Source: Candidatus Woesebacteria bacterium
GTDB taxonomy: Bacteria; Patescibacteriota; Microgenomatia; UBA8517
Direction: 5' to 3'
Length of the DNA stretch: 64,000 nucleotides
Assembly (NCBI GenBank): GCA_963716475.1
Contig: OY970314.1
Location: 564,790-628,789, forward strand
In this document: piece by piece, positions 29,761 to 38,889 of the stretch
Layout of the letters: each line of letters begins with the position of its first letter
Numbering within the stretch: the first letter of the stretch is position 1
Notes under the pieces: model-generated
Told to the model about the DNA's origin: nothing
Database searches by the model: none
The model's input: only the letters and a program-made list of their open reading frames with translations
Translations under genes and position numbers: made by a program

Positions 29761-30387
29761 GTGAAAATCGATATACTCACTCTTTTCCCCGACATGTTTG
29801 CCGGGCCTTTTGACGCCTCGATTGTTAAACGTGCCGAAAGCCAGGATTTAATTAAAATTGAAGTCCATGATTTGAGAAACTGGGGCGAAACCCATAGACG
29901 CAATGTTGATGATAGACCCTATGGGGGCGGGGTAGGAATGATACTCCGAGTCGATATTATCGATAACGCTTTGAAAGCATTAAGAACTGAAAAATCTCAC
30001 GTAGTTTTACTTGACGCCACAGGTGAAAAATTTGTTCAGAAAAAAGCTGTAAAACTTTCCAAACTCAATCATATCATTCTCATTGCAGGCCACTATGAAG
30101 GGGTTGACCATCGGGTTCACGAACATCTGGTTAATGAAGTAATTTCAATCGGAGATTATGTTTTGACAGGAGGAGAAATCCCGGCGATGGTTCTGGTTGA
30201 CAGTATTATCAGATTAATTCCCGGAGTTTTGGGAAAAGACGAGTCTTCCATCGATGAATCACACAAAGAACCGGGATATTTGGAATACCCCCAATACACA
30301 AGACCTGAAAATTACAAAGGCTGGAATGTTCCAAAAATTCTTCTTTCGGGAAACCACAAGGAGATTGAAAGGTGGAGAAAGTCTTAA
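29761..30387 (+). CDS. trmD: tRNA (guanine37-N1)-methyltransferase
   Basis: ILTLFP, VDDRPYGGG.GM, GHYEGVD.R, SIGDYVLTGGE, LEYPQYTRP, LLSGNH. Confidence 0.97.
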   Translation: MKIDILTLFPDMFAGPFDASIVKRAESQDLIKIEVHDLRNWGETHRRNVDDRPYGGGVGMILRVDIIDNALKALRTEKSHVVLLDATGEKFVQKKAVKLSKLNHIILIAGHYEGVDHRVHEHLVNEVISIGDYVLTGGEIPAMVLVDSIIRLIPGVLGKDESSIDESHKEPGYLEYPQYTRPENYKGWNVPKILLSGNHKEIERWRKS

Positions 30388-32156
30388 ATTTCCTTCTTCC
30401 ATCCCGAAGACGGGGCAGTTACCCTACCAAATTTTTGACCGGCCCAGAGGACGGCGGTTACCAAAAAGTATTGAAAAACACCGTGATACCATTTCGCTGC
30501 TTTTACCAATCTTTCATTGGATACGGAAAGACCCGCCTTTTTAGATGCCTGGCCATGAAAGTGAATAAATTCTGCAGTAGGAACATAGTACACCGGAATA
30601 TTATTCGCTTTTGCCCTTCGGCAATAATCAATATCTTCAAAATACATAATGGTTGCTTCCTCAACAATTCCAATTTCGTTTATCACCCGATTCGGAATTA
30701 GAAAACAGGCCATTACTGCAACTTCTACCTTGGTAATACTCGTTGCCGATGGAGTAAACATAAAGTACCGGCCACGGCGCCCCAAAAAATACTCTTCAAA
30801 GGCATGCCAGGGTGTTGGAAGCATGAAACAGGAGTCTTGTGGTTTTCCGTTGCCGAAAAGCAGTTTTCCACAATAAATAGCCATATCACCAAGGCCTTCA
30901 ACCGCCTTGATAAGGTTCGATATGCTGTTCGGCTTTACCTTGATATCCGAATTAAGCATTAAGATATACCTCCCCAAGGAAAAATTAATCATTTGATTAT
31001 TTCCCCGTGCAAACCCGTTATTTGCTTTATTGGAAATAAATTTGATATTTGGGTAGGCGTTTAAAACTTCCGTTTTGCAGGATTCATCCGGAGAATTATC
31101 CAAAACTATTACTTCCGTCCCTCCCCTAACCTTATCAAAACCGGATCTTCCTTCAAAAACACTTTTTAAAAGCTGAAGAATCAGACCGGTTGTTTTGTAA
31201 TTAATAACAATAATAGAAAGTCCGAGAGGATATTCTATATTTTCCGGCTCCCTAGCCCCTTTCCAACCCCAAACTCCCCGATAATAGTCGATGATTCCTT
31301 CCTTTTGGGCTGGCCTTCCTTTTACTAGGAGCTTAAGAGCTTCCCTAAATAAGGCAAATCTTGTCCTAAAACCGGCATATTTATTGCCAATCCATAATCT
31401 ATTCCTTGTAATAAGATAGTCGCTCCAGGAAGAACCGATCCCGGTAGTCCGTGATACCTTGTGATAAATATATGCGCTCCCTGTATACCATTGTTCGTAC
31501 CCTGCGCGTTTTACCCGCTCAATCCAATCCGCATCTTCATAATAGGCAAATAATTTTTCCTCGAAGTAACCCACATTCTCGACCACTTCGCGCTTAACGA
31601 GAACGCAGCACCCGGTTATATAATTTGTTCTTTCGGTATTACCAAATTGTCCTTTATCAACTTTATCTATACCTCGATGAACGGATTTAACATTATTCCA
31701 ATCGAAACTGCCACCTGCGTACCAGACAACATTTCCCCGGTCATTTTTTGTATATTTATCTTTATAAAATTCATATCCGGGAGCGAAATATATTTTGGGG
31801 GAAACAAGTCCCGCCTTAGGATTAGTTTCAAAAACCCCAATCAACTTCTTTAATAAATTCCTATCCGGGAAAAGTGTATCGTTATTTATAATTAATATAA
31901 AATCTGCACCCCACTCCTTGGCGTATTTCATCCCGATATTAAATCCGCCGGCAAATCCCAAATTCTTACCGGTCTGCTTCCAAATTACATGAGGAAATTT
32001 TTCTATGACATCACGTACGGAAACATCAGAACCGTTATCAACTACGAGCCACAACATATTTAAACCTTCTGTATCCAGATTTTTTGCCGACTCGAGATAC
32101 TCCTTGGTATCCCGATGATTATTAAAGTCAACTGTGACAACCGCTACTTTAGTCAT
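30384..32156 (-). CDS. tandem two-domain GT2 (WbbL/rhamnosyltransferase-like)
   Basis: two GT2 domains: VVDNGS..NLGFAGG.N..INND..YYED, then VLDNS..NNGFARGNN..LNSD..YFED. Confidence 0.88.
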   Translation of the reverse strand: MTKVAVVTVDFNNHRDTKEYLESAKNLDTEGLNMLWLVVDNGSDVSVRDVIEKFPHVIWKQTGKNLGFAGGFNIGMKYAKEWGADFILIINNDTLFPDRNLLKKLIGVFETNPKAGLVSPKIYFAPGYEFYKDKYTKNDRGNVVWYAGGSFDWNNVKSVHRGIDKVDKGQFGNTERTNYITGCCVLVKREVVENVGYFEEKLFAYYEDADWIERVKRAGYEQWYTGSAYIYHKVSRTTGIGSSWSDYLITRNRLWIGNKYAGFRTRFALFREALKLLVKGRPAQKEGIIDYYRGVWGWKGAREPENIEYPLGLSIIVINYKTTGLILQLLKSVFEGRSGFDKVRGGTEVIVLDNSPDESCKTEVLNAYPNIKFISNKANNGFARGNNQMINFSLGRYILMLNSDIKVKPNSISNLIKAVEGLGDMAIYCGKLLFGNGKPQDSCFMLPTPWHAFEEYFLGRRGRYFMFTPSATSITKVEVAVMACFLIPNRVINEIGIVEEATIMYFEDIDYCRRAKANNIPVYYVPTAEFIHFHGQASKKAGLSVSNERLVKAAKWYHGVFQYFLVTAVLWAGQKFGRVTAPSSGWKKEI

Positions 32157-33055
32157 AAAACTTTTAAAATATCATGGTAAATTCCGGCCCGGAGTTTATC
32201 CCCCGTCAGACCAAAAACTAACCACCTTTCTACTACACCAAACCAAATAACAACTTTCATCATAAAATCGTAATCCGGATAGTATTTCTTAAGGTAATAT
32301 CTTAGCCCCTGGATTTCACGGTTTAAAGGCTTCCCGATGTCATGGCCTGAGCTGGCCTTATCCAAATGGGTTATCTCAAATGAGGGCGTGTACCAAATTG
32401 CAAACCCCTGATCATTTATCCTACGGCTCCATTCAACCTCCTCCATGTACATAAAAAATTTTTCATCGAAGCCTTTGGTTTTTTCTACAACCTCACGCTT
32501 CATAAATAAAAACGCCCCCATAACCCAGCCCAGCTTACGATCCTTATCAAAAAATTGCTTTTGCTTAGGATGAACAGGCTTTAGTGAAAATTTATCCAAT
32601 CCAAACATCCATAGCATCGTATTAAAGGGGTCAGGCAAGTAACCTGCTGAGGGCTGCATTTTACCGTCTACAAATTTTAGCTTGCACCCTAAGACATCGC
32701 AGTTTTCGTTATAATTCATAAACCGGACAGCCTTCGATAAGGTTTCAGGAGCTACTAATGAATCCGTGTTAAGGAACAAATAATATTTTGTTTTTTTATT
32801 TGAAATTTTAATACCTAAATTATTTCCTTTGGCAAATCCTGTATTTTCTCCAGGATCCAAAAGTTTTACCCATGAATATTTGTTTTTAACAATCTCCCCT
32901 GTCCCATCCGTCCCGTTTTCGATAAGAATCGTCTCAACAGGTTTCTCTAAATAGTCAATACTTTTTTTCAATTTATCCAAACACTGAGAAGTCAGATCTT
33001 TGGTGTTATAAGAACAAATAATTACCGATATTTCAGGAGCAACACTGTTATGCAT
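32153..33055 (-). CDS. GT2 glycosyltransferase (WbbL-like rhamnosyltransferase)
   Basis: NTGFAKGNN, FLNTD, WVMGAF, GFDEKFFMYMEEVEW. Confidence 0.88.
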   Translation of the reverse strand: MHNSVAPEISVIICSYNTKDLTSQCLDKLKKSIDYLEKPVETILIENGTDGTGEIVKNKYSWVKLLDPGENTGFAKGNNLGIKISNKKTKYYLFLNTDSLVAPETLSKAVRFMNYNENCDVLGCKLKFVDGKMQPSAGYLPDPFNTMLWMFGLDKFSLKPVHPKQKQFFDKDRKLGWVMGAFLFMKREVVEKTKGFDEKFFMYMEEVEWSRRINDQGFAIWYTPSFEITHLDKASSGHDIGKPLNREIQGLRYYLKKYYPDYDFMMKVVIWFGVVERWLVFGLTGDKLRAGIYHDILKVL

Positions 33056-33950
33056 AATTTATCCCTTTTTCGATTTTCCACAAACGGTATTTTTCTAACA
33101 TTGAGATTCCCAGTTTTACAATAATCATAACCGGCCATGGCCCAAGCTCTTTCCAATGCTTATTGATAAATATTCTCATTGCACTTGCGGCTGACTTTGC
33201 AGATTTTATTTTTGTTTCTTTGGTTACATCTTCTTTGGAAGTAGACCATAAACCGGATGATGATCCTTTGTAGTGCATTATTGTCTCCGACGGTTCATAC
33301 CAAATCTTATATCCAGCCTTTTTTATACGGTAGCAAAATTCAATGTCTTCACCATTCCACCAATAGTCAGTATCCCACCAATTAATTTTATCCAGAACTT
33401 TCCGCTTAACCATCAAAAATGTTCCGGAGATGCAGTCAATATAATGGCTTTTGTTTACATCCAAATAAGTAGCTTCATAACCTGCAAAAATTTGAGATTT
33501 GGGAAAAGACTTAGAAAGTTTGGTCCAAAAACAAAAGGTATTCCAAACCGTGGGAAGCCCACGATGGCAGGAATAATCTATTTTGCCGTTCGGTAACATC
33601 ACTTTGCAGGTTATAGCTCCCAGCTCGCTCCTTCCCGTCAGAATTTTCAGACATTTTTCTATCGCCCTACCTTTTACTTCCGTATCAGGGTTTAAAAACA
33701 AAACCGAGTCTCCCTTGGTAGCTTTCCGGGCTAAATTATTACCCGCAGCAAACCCCGAATTGGTAACATTTATAACCAGGTCAACTTCGGGGAAATTTTT
33801 CCTGATCATGTCAACGCTGCCATCAGACGAAGAATTATCGACTACTATAATTTGGAGGCTTTTGTCATTATATGTATCGTAAATTGCCTGAATAGCTTTC
33901 TTAAGCAATTTTTCTACATTATAAGATAGAATTATTACGGACAAGGCCAT
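33048..33950 (-). CDS. GT2 glycosyltransferase (WbbL-like rhamnosyltransferase)
   Basis: VVDNSSSDGS, NSGFAAGNN, FLNPDT, GEDIEFCYR, HYKGSS; TATAAT 8 nt upstream. Confidence 0.88.
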   Translation of the reverse strand: MALSVIILSYNVEKLLKKAIQAIYDTYNDKSLQIIVVDNSSSDGSVDMIRKNFPEVDLVINVTNSGFAAGNNLARKATKGDSVLFLNPDTEVKGRAIEKCLKILTGRSELGAITCKVMLPNGKIDYSCHRGLPTVWNTFCFWTKLSKSFPKSQIFAGYEATYLDVNKSHYIDCISGTFLMVKRKVLDKINWWDTDYWWNGEDIEFCYRIKKAGYKIWYEPSETIMHYKGSSSGLWSTSKEDVTKETKIKSAKSAASAMRIFINKHWKELGPWPVMIIVKLGISMLEKYRLWKIEKGINYA

Positions 33951-33959
33951 ACGAGGCTA

Positions 33960-34856
33960 TTATACAGCTCTCTTAACAAGCATATCTACTATCTGCCTCC
34001 AGGAGCTAAATTTAATTCCCAATTCTTTCTCGCTTGTTTCAACCTTTAACCCGCCAAATTTTGGGTATCTGACAGGGTTATCTGTGGTTTTTAGAAAATC
34101 ACCCAAGCTGATTCCTTCTACCGCATCTTTCTCCCCTCTGGCTTTCTCAATCAAATAAGACACCAATTTAAACGGAGTTGTTATATCACGGGAGCCGGCG
34201 TGGAATATCCCATGAAGATTATTGTCAATTATTTTCTCTAAAGCCATTGCAACCTCGTCTACAAATGCAATTGAAACTTGCTGATCCGTAAACATCGGGT
34301 AAAGTTCCCCGGCGTCAAACAGTGAAAGCGGTTTTCTTAAATAGTCGGGCTTTAAATCATATTTGGCACTCACCGGATAAATCAATCTTAAAATCGTCGC
34401 ATCCTTCCCAAACTTGCTAATCACTTCCTCTTCCCCAAGATTTTTTGTATAGCCATACCAAGTCAGTTCATCCTCTTTAAAAGTAGTCGGGTGATTTTCC
34501 TCATATGGTCCCGGGTCTTTTTCGGATCCCGGAAAAACCATATCCGTAGATATTTGAATAAAACGGCATTTTGGAGGCAACGCCTCAATCAGATTTTTAA
34601 CTCCGATAACATTTACCTTGTAGCAGTCCGCATTTTCGTCGCCTCTTTGTTTTTCGGCTTCTCCAACATTTGTGTAGGCTGCAAAGTTGACTATAACGTC
34701 GGGGTTTGTTTCTCTTACTGTATTAAATACGTTTTTTTTATCCGTCAGATCAAAATGAGGGTACCCCGGAGTTATAAAATCATACTTGGTTCTATATAGC
34801 CCAACAAATTTAGACCCGACTAAACCTGAAGCCCCCGTAACCAGTATCTTCTTCAT
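33960..34856 (-). CDS. rfbD: dTDP-4-dehydrorhamnose reductase
   Basis: ILVTGASGLVG, NFAAYTNV..AE, ISTDMVF.G, YGYTK..GE; adjacent to rfbC/B/A. Confidence 0.9.
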   Translation of the reverse strand: MKKILVTGASGLVGSKFVGLYRTKYDFITPGYPHFDLTDKKNVFNTVRETNPDVIVNFAAYTNVGEAEKQRGDENADCYKVNVIGVKNLIEALPPKCRFIQISTDMVFPGSEKDPGPYEENHPTTFKEDELTWYGYTKNLGEEEVISKFGKDATILRLIYPVSAKYDLKPDYLRKPLSLFDAGELYPMFTDQQVSIAFVDEVAMALEKIIDNNLHGIFHAGSRDITTPFKLVSYLIEKARGEKDAVEGISLGDFLKTTDNPVRYPKFGGLKVETSEKELGIKFSSWRQIVDMLVKRAV

Positions 34857-35413
34857 CTTCCTTTAAACTTATCTGGAAACACGTTCCTTAACCTGGGGTT
34901 GGCTTTATCTCTATCCGAAATGATGGGTTTTTTGACCGGCCATATAATCGCCAAGTCGGGATCATCCCAGGCAATTCCTTTAGCCTTTGAGTCATCCCAA
35001 TACTCATCTACCAAGTATATATAGTGAAGATCTTGATCCCCTAGGGCACAGATAGAATTGCCTATTCCGCCACTCGGAAGAAAAAGGGCCTGATGGGGTG
35101 AATCTTCTTTCGTATTATCGATGGTTATATATTCGATTTTCTTAAATGTGGGGCTTTCCGGCCTAAGATCCACTATCGGTGCATATAAAATACCGGTTAC
35201 CGGATAAATTAATTTATTCCAATTTTCGGTATGTATCGCCCTTATTACCCCCGGCCTACTAAGCGAATGACTCAACTGAAGGGAATCAAATTTGATACCC
35301 GTTGCCACTTCCAATTCGTCTTTACGAAAAACCTCATGGAAAAAACCCCGCGAGTCTTTGTGTATCGGCCTCTCAATCAAAACCACTCCCGGAATTGATG
35401 TTTTTATAATCAT
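34853..35413 (-). CDS. rfbC: dTDP-4-dehydrorhamnose 3,5-epimerase
   Basis: DSRGFF.E, S.S.PGVIRAIH, VDLRPESPTF, WDDPDL.I.WP, IS.RD. Confidence 0.92.
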   Translation of the reverse strand: MIIKTSIPGVVLIERPIHKDSRGFFHEVFRKDELEVATGIKFDSLQLSHSLSRPGVIRAIHTENWNKLIYPVTGILYAPIVDLRPESPTFKKIEYITIDNTKEDSPHQALFLPSGGIGNSICALGDQDLHYIYLVDEYWDDSKAKGIAWDDPDLAIIWPVKKPIISDRDKANPRLRNVFPDKFKGR

Positions 35414-36417
35414 GTTTGTCCTGTTTTCTGATACAACTTATCTGCTTCCGCTTTCAAAGGTCTCCACCACCATTCGTTTCCCTTATACCATTCGACAGTC
35501 CTGGCTAACTGGTCTTCAAAATCAAAAGCAGGCTTCCAACCAAGGGTTTCGTTTATTTTAGTCCAATCAACTGCATATTTTCTATCGTGGCCGGGTCTAT
35601 CATTAACAAATTTAATTGCCGATTTATCTTTCTTAAATATCTTAATAAGCATACCGGCTACCTCAAGATTTGAAATATTCTCGGTCATTCCACCGATCAT
35701 GTAGGTCTCTCCAACTTTTCCATCTTTTAGTACCAATTCAATCGCCCTCACATGATCTTCCACATATAACCAATCGCGGACATTTAATCCATCGCCATAA
35801 ATTTTAACCTCGTTCCCATCTATGAGATCCGTAACCATTCTGGGAATAAATTTCTCCGGATCCTGAAATGGTCCAAAATTGTTGGAGCAGTTGGTAATAG
35901 TTACGGGAAGACTGTAGGTATGAAAATAGGATCTGACCAAATGATCGGACGAGGCCTTGGAGGCAGCATACGGACTCCTGGGAGCATACGGAGTCTCCTC
36001 ATCAAATTTCTCTTTAGAATCTATAGCCAAAGACCCGAAAACTTCATCGGTTGAAATATGATTAAATCTTTTTATATTATTCTCACGGGCTGAATCCAAA
36101 AGGATCTGTGTTCCTTCGATGTTTGTTTTCACGAAGATGTCAGGCCCCACTATGGATCTGTCTACGTGAGACTCTGCGGCGAAATGAACAACATAATCCG
36201 CACCATCCATCGCCTTCTTGGCTGTCTTTCGGTCACAAATATCTCCTTCAATAAATTTATATTTAGGGTTCTTTTCAAAATCCTTAGTTGAAGAAAGATG
36301 TCCTGCATAAGTCAGTTTATCCAAATTAACAATGTCGTCACCTTTGTGATTTCTTAACCAATATCTAATAAAGTTTGATCCGATGAATCCGGCACCGCCT
36401 GTGACAAGAAGTTTCAT
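35410..36417 (-). CDS. rfbB: dTDP-glucose 4,6-dehydratase
   Basis: TGGAGFIGSNF, DKLTYAG, HFAAESHVDRSI, STDEVFG, PYAASKA, DRPGHD. Confidence 0.97.
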   Translation of the reverse strand: MKLLVTGGAGFIGSNFIRYWLRNHKGDDIVNLDKLTYAGHLSSTKDFEKNPKYKFIEGDICDRKTAKKAMDGADYVVHFAAESHVDRSIVGPDIFVKTNIEGTQILLDSARENNIKRFNHISTDEVFGSLAIDSKEKFDEETPYAPRSPYAASKASSDHLVRSYFHTYSLPVTITNCSNNFGPFQDPEKFIPRMVTDLIDGNEVKIYGDGLNVRDWLYVEDHVRAIELVLKDGKVGETYMIGGMTENISNLEVAGMLIKIFKKDKSAIKFVNDRPGHDRKYAVDWTKINETLGWKPAFDFEDQLARTVEWYKGNEWWWRPLKAEADKLYQKTGQT

Positions 36418-36425
36418 TATTTATA

Positions 36426-37160
36426 TTAAGCCGCACCTTCCGAATATCCGCTTTTGGCAGCCCAGTAGCTACTTGCCTTAAAAAGGCTTGCGAAAGTTCC
36501 CGCGTCAGTCCAAAACCCATTTAGCTCCGCCCAACCCAGGGCATGCTTTTCTATATAAGCGTTATTAACATCGGTAATCTCAAGCTGGCCCCTTCCGGAC
36601 GGTTTAATCCTTTTAATTGTTTCAAAAACCGAATGATCAAAAATGTATAAACCCGTTACGGCATGGTTGGACTTAGGCTTATCCGGTTTTTCTTCAATCT
36701 TTACTATTCTTTTTTCATTATCAAACTCAGGAACACCATAACGCTCGGGGTCCGGCACGTTTTTCAAAAAAACAAACGCACCTTCTTTAAATGAAGACAC
36801 TTCTTTCTTGATATCCGCGTCGGTTGTGTTATCGCCAAGAATTACAATAATTGGCCCGTTATCAGAAAAGTCTTCCGCTAAGGCCAGAGCATCGGCAATT
36901 CCCCCATCGGGCTTCTCCTGAAATGCATATTCAAGATGATTCAAGCCTAACTCTTTTCCGTTTTTCAGGACTCTTAAAAAATGTCCAGCATGTGGCCCGC
37001 TTGATACTACCAAAACATCTTTCACTCCAGCCTTAACAAGCGTTTCTATGGGATAATAAATCATGGGCTTGTCGTAAACAGGAAGTAGATGTTTATTTGT
37101 CGCCCAAGTGAGAGGATAGAGCCTAGTTCCCAAGCCTCCTGCCAGAATAACCCCCTTCAT
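36426..37160 (-). CDS. rfbA: glucose-1-phosphate thymidylyltransferase (short form)
   Basis: ILAGGLGTRLYPLT...KHLLPVYDKPMIYY, LGDN, EEKP, RGQLEITD, WTDAGT. Confidence 0.92.
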   Translation of the reverse strand: MKGVILAGGLGTRLYPLTWATNKHLLPVYDKPMIYYPIETLVKAGVKDVLVVSSGPHAGHFLRVLKNGKELGLNHLEYAFQEKPDGGIADALALAEDFSDNGPIIVILGDNTTDADIKKEVSSFKEGAFVFLKNVPDPERYGVPEFDNEKRIVKIEEKPDKPKSNHAVTGLYIFDHSVFETIKRIKPSGRGQLEITDVNNAYIEKHALGWAELNGFWTDAGTFASLFKASSYWAAKSGYSEGAA

Positions 37161-37179
37161 AGATAATGTATATTATATC

Positions 37180-37680
37180 TCAGGTGTGCTTATCTGCAAC
37201 AGTAGAAGCTCCCCAGCTATCAGGCTTGGTTTTAGCCTTATAGCCGTTTCCCTGAACCATACCTACCACCTCTTTTATCATTTCGCGGGTGGGTCCCATA
37301 GGGCCAACATCTATGTGAATCTCCAGGTCGTACTTGGCAGGCGGAACTGCTTGTCTTAAAAGAGGTACTATTTCTGCGGCAGTGGCCAAAGACATGGTCG
37401 TTTCTGTATATATTTTATCCCTTAAAACAGGCACTTTTTGCATTTTTACCTTTTTCCAAAAATATCTTGCGCCGCTTCCGGTTCTATGCACAATCAGAGC
37501 CGTGACATAGTCTATTTCGCCCACTCCCTTTATATGCTTAGCCTGCGAATCCGAGCCTATTACGACACGATAAAATCTCTCAGGCTCCTCATTGATAAAT
37601 TCCGATATATCCGAGACTGCCTGAGACGGAGTCATTTCACCTTTGGTTGGACTAATAAACAGACCGTCTTTCATATCCAT
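37180..37680 (-). CDS. YkuK-family RNase H-like protein
   Basis: IGSDSQ, LRDKIYTE..S, IHIDVG, GY...KP..W.AS.VAD.HT. Confidence 0.8.
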   Translation of the reverse strand: MDMKDGLFISPTKGEMTPSQAVSDISEFINEEPERFYRVVIGSDSQAKHIKGVGEIDYVTALIVHRTGSGARYFWKKVKMQKVPVLRDKIYTETTMSLATAAEIVPLLRQAVPPAKYDLEIHIDVGPMGPTREMIKEVVGMVQGNGYKAKTKPDSWGASTVADKHT

Positions 37681-37716
37681 AGTAGGCTCAAATTATACGC
37701 TTTTTGTACCTTGAAG

Positions 37717-38616
37717 TTAAATATCGAGTGATTTAAGGAATTCCCGAAACTTATCACTTAGCTCCCTGTGTTTTAGAGCAAATTCGACTACTGTTTTAAG
37801 ATATTCAAGTTTATTACCAGTATCATAATATTTACCGTCTTTAATCTCTTTCGCATAAATTGCTTTCCCGTCGTTAAGCATCAGTTTAAGGGCATCGTTA
37901 TAGTAAAACTCATCACCCTCGTTAAGATTGTCCTCGGCCTCCTTAAGATAGGTAAAGATATCCTGCGTAAATAAAAAGCCTGAAACATTGGCTAAATCTG
38001 ACGGTGCATTTTCCTTACCGGGTTTTTCTACAACTTCTCTTATCTTCATAACACCGTCTTCGATCATCTCCCCGCCGGCAAAACCGTACCTGTCATAATC
38101 TTCGTCTTTTGTAGCCTTAATGCTGCCAAGAACACTTCCACCGTATTTTTCATATGTTTCTATGAGCTGTCTGAATCTTGACGGATTTGCCACGATAAAA
38201 TCATCACTCCAGGTATAAATAAAGGGTTCGTCACCAACGATATGCTGAACGTTAAGGAGTGGAGTGCCGTTTCCGTATGGACCCTTTTGCCTTACATAAA
38301 TAAAATTTGCCATTTCAGAGATTTTTTCGACTTCATCAAGAAGTGGCTTTTTCTTATCCCCGCCCATTCGCAGGTTTTCAATAAGATCTAAGTTCGGCAT
38401 GTCAAAATGGTCTTCAATTGTACGCTTGTGGTACCCGGTAACTATAATTATATCTTTTATACCGGCTTCCACGAGCTCTTCAACAACATACTGAATCACG
38501 GGTTTATCAACTATCGGAAGCATCTCTTTGGGCATTGCCTTTGTTTGGGGAAGAAAACGCGTGCCGAAGCCCGCTGCCGGGATCACCGCTTTCCTAACTT
38601 TCTGAATATTAGGCAT
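37717..38616 (-). CDS. galU: UTP-glucose-1-phosphate uridylyltransferase
   Basis: KAVIPAAGFGTRFLP.TKA.PKEMLPIVDKP, YVRQ, VEKP, YDTG; TGaTATACT 6 nt upstream. Confidence 0.94.
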   Translation of the reverse strand: MPNIQKVRKAVIPAAGFGTRFLPQTKAMPKEMLPIVDKPVIQYVVEELVEAGIKDIIIVTGYHKRTIEDHFDMPNLDLIENLRMGGDKKKPLLDEVEKISEMANFIYVRQKGPYGNGTPLLNVQHIVGDEPFIYTWSDDFIVANPSRFRQLIETYEKYGGSVLGSIKATKDEDYDRYGFAGGEMIEDGVMKIREVVEKPGKENAPSDLANVSGFLFTQDIFTYLKEAEDNLNEGDEFYYNDALKLMLNDGKAIYAKEIKDGKYYDTGNKLEYLKTVVEFALKHRELSDKFREFLKSLDI

Positions 38617-38628
38617 GATTGAAGTATA

Positions 38629-38889
38629 TCATGTACGAACGATCATTGAAAAAATCAACACAAATCCCAATGTTGCCACAACAAGATATTCTATAACGGT
38701 TTCTATGTGCAGGTCTCTATGAAGGTAGTGGTGGGTAACTCCCCAGGCAACATAGGATAGTAAGAGAGCCAGGGCTATCGCTACTTGAAAATTTTTGTCG
38801 TAAGAAAAAAGAATCAATCCGGCAAAAGCCGCCAGGAGTATTCCAAAAAGAACCATGTAATGAGACAGGTGTTTGGTAAAAGATTTCAT
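38629..38889 (-). CDS. small 3-TM membrane protein with His cluster
   Basis: 86 aa, three hydrophobic segments, WGVTHHYLHRDLH; ATGA overlap with the upstream CAP gene. Confidence 0.7.
   Translation of the reverse strand: MKSFTKHLSHYMVLFGILLAAFAGLILFSYDKNFQVAIALALLLSYVAWGVTHHYLHRDLHIETVIEYLVVATLGFVLIFSMIVRT

Noticed and set aside
29739-29903. 55-aa N-terminal extension of the GT2-GtrA ORF
   Set aside because: Overlaps trmD head-to-head; the GT2 domain starts at ATG 29738, which has its own -10 box
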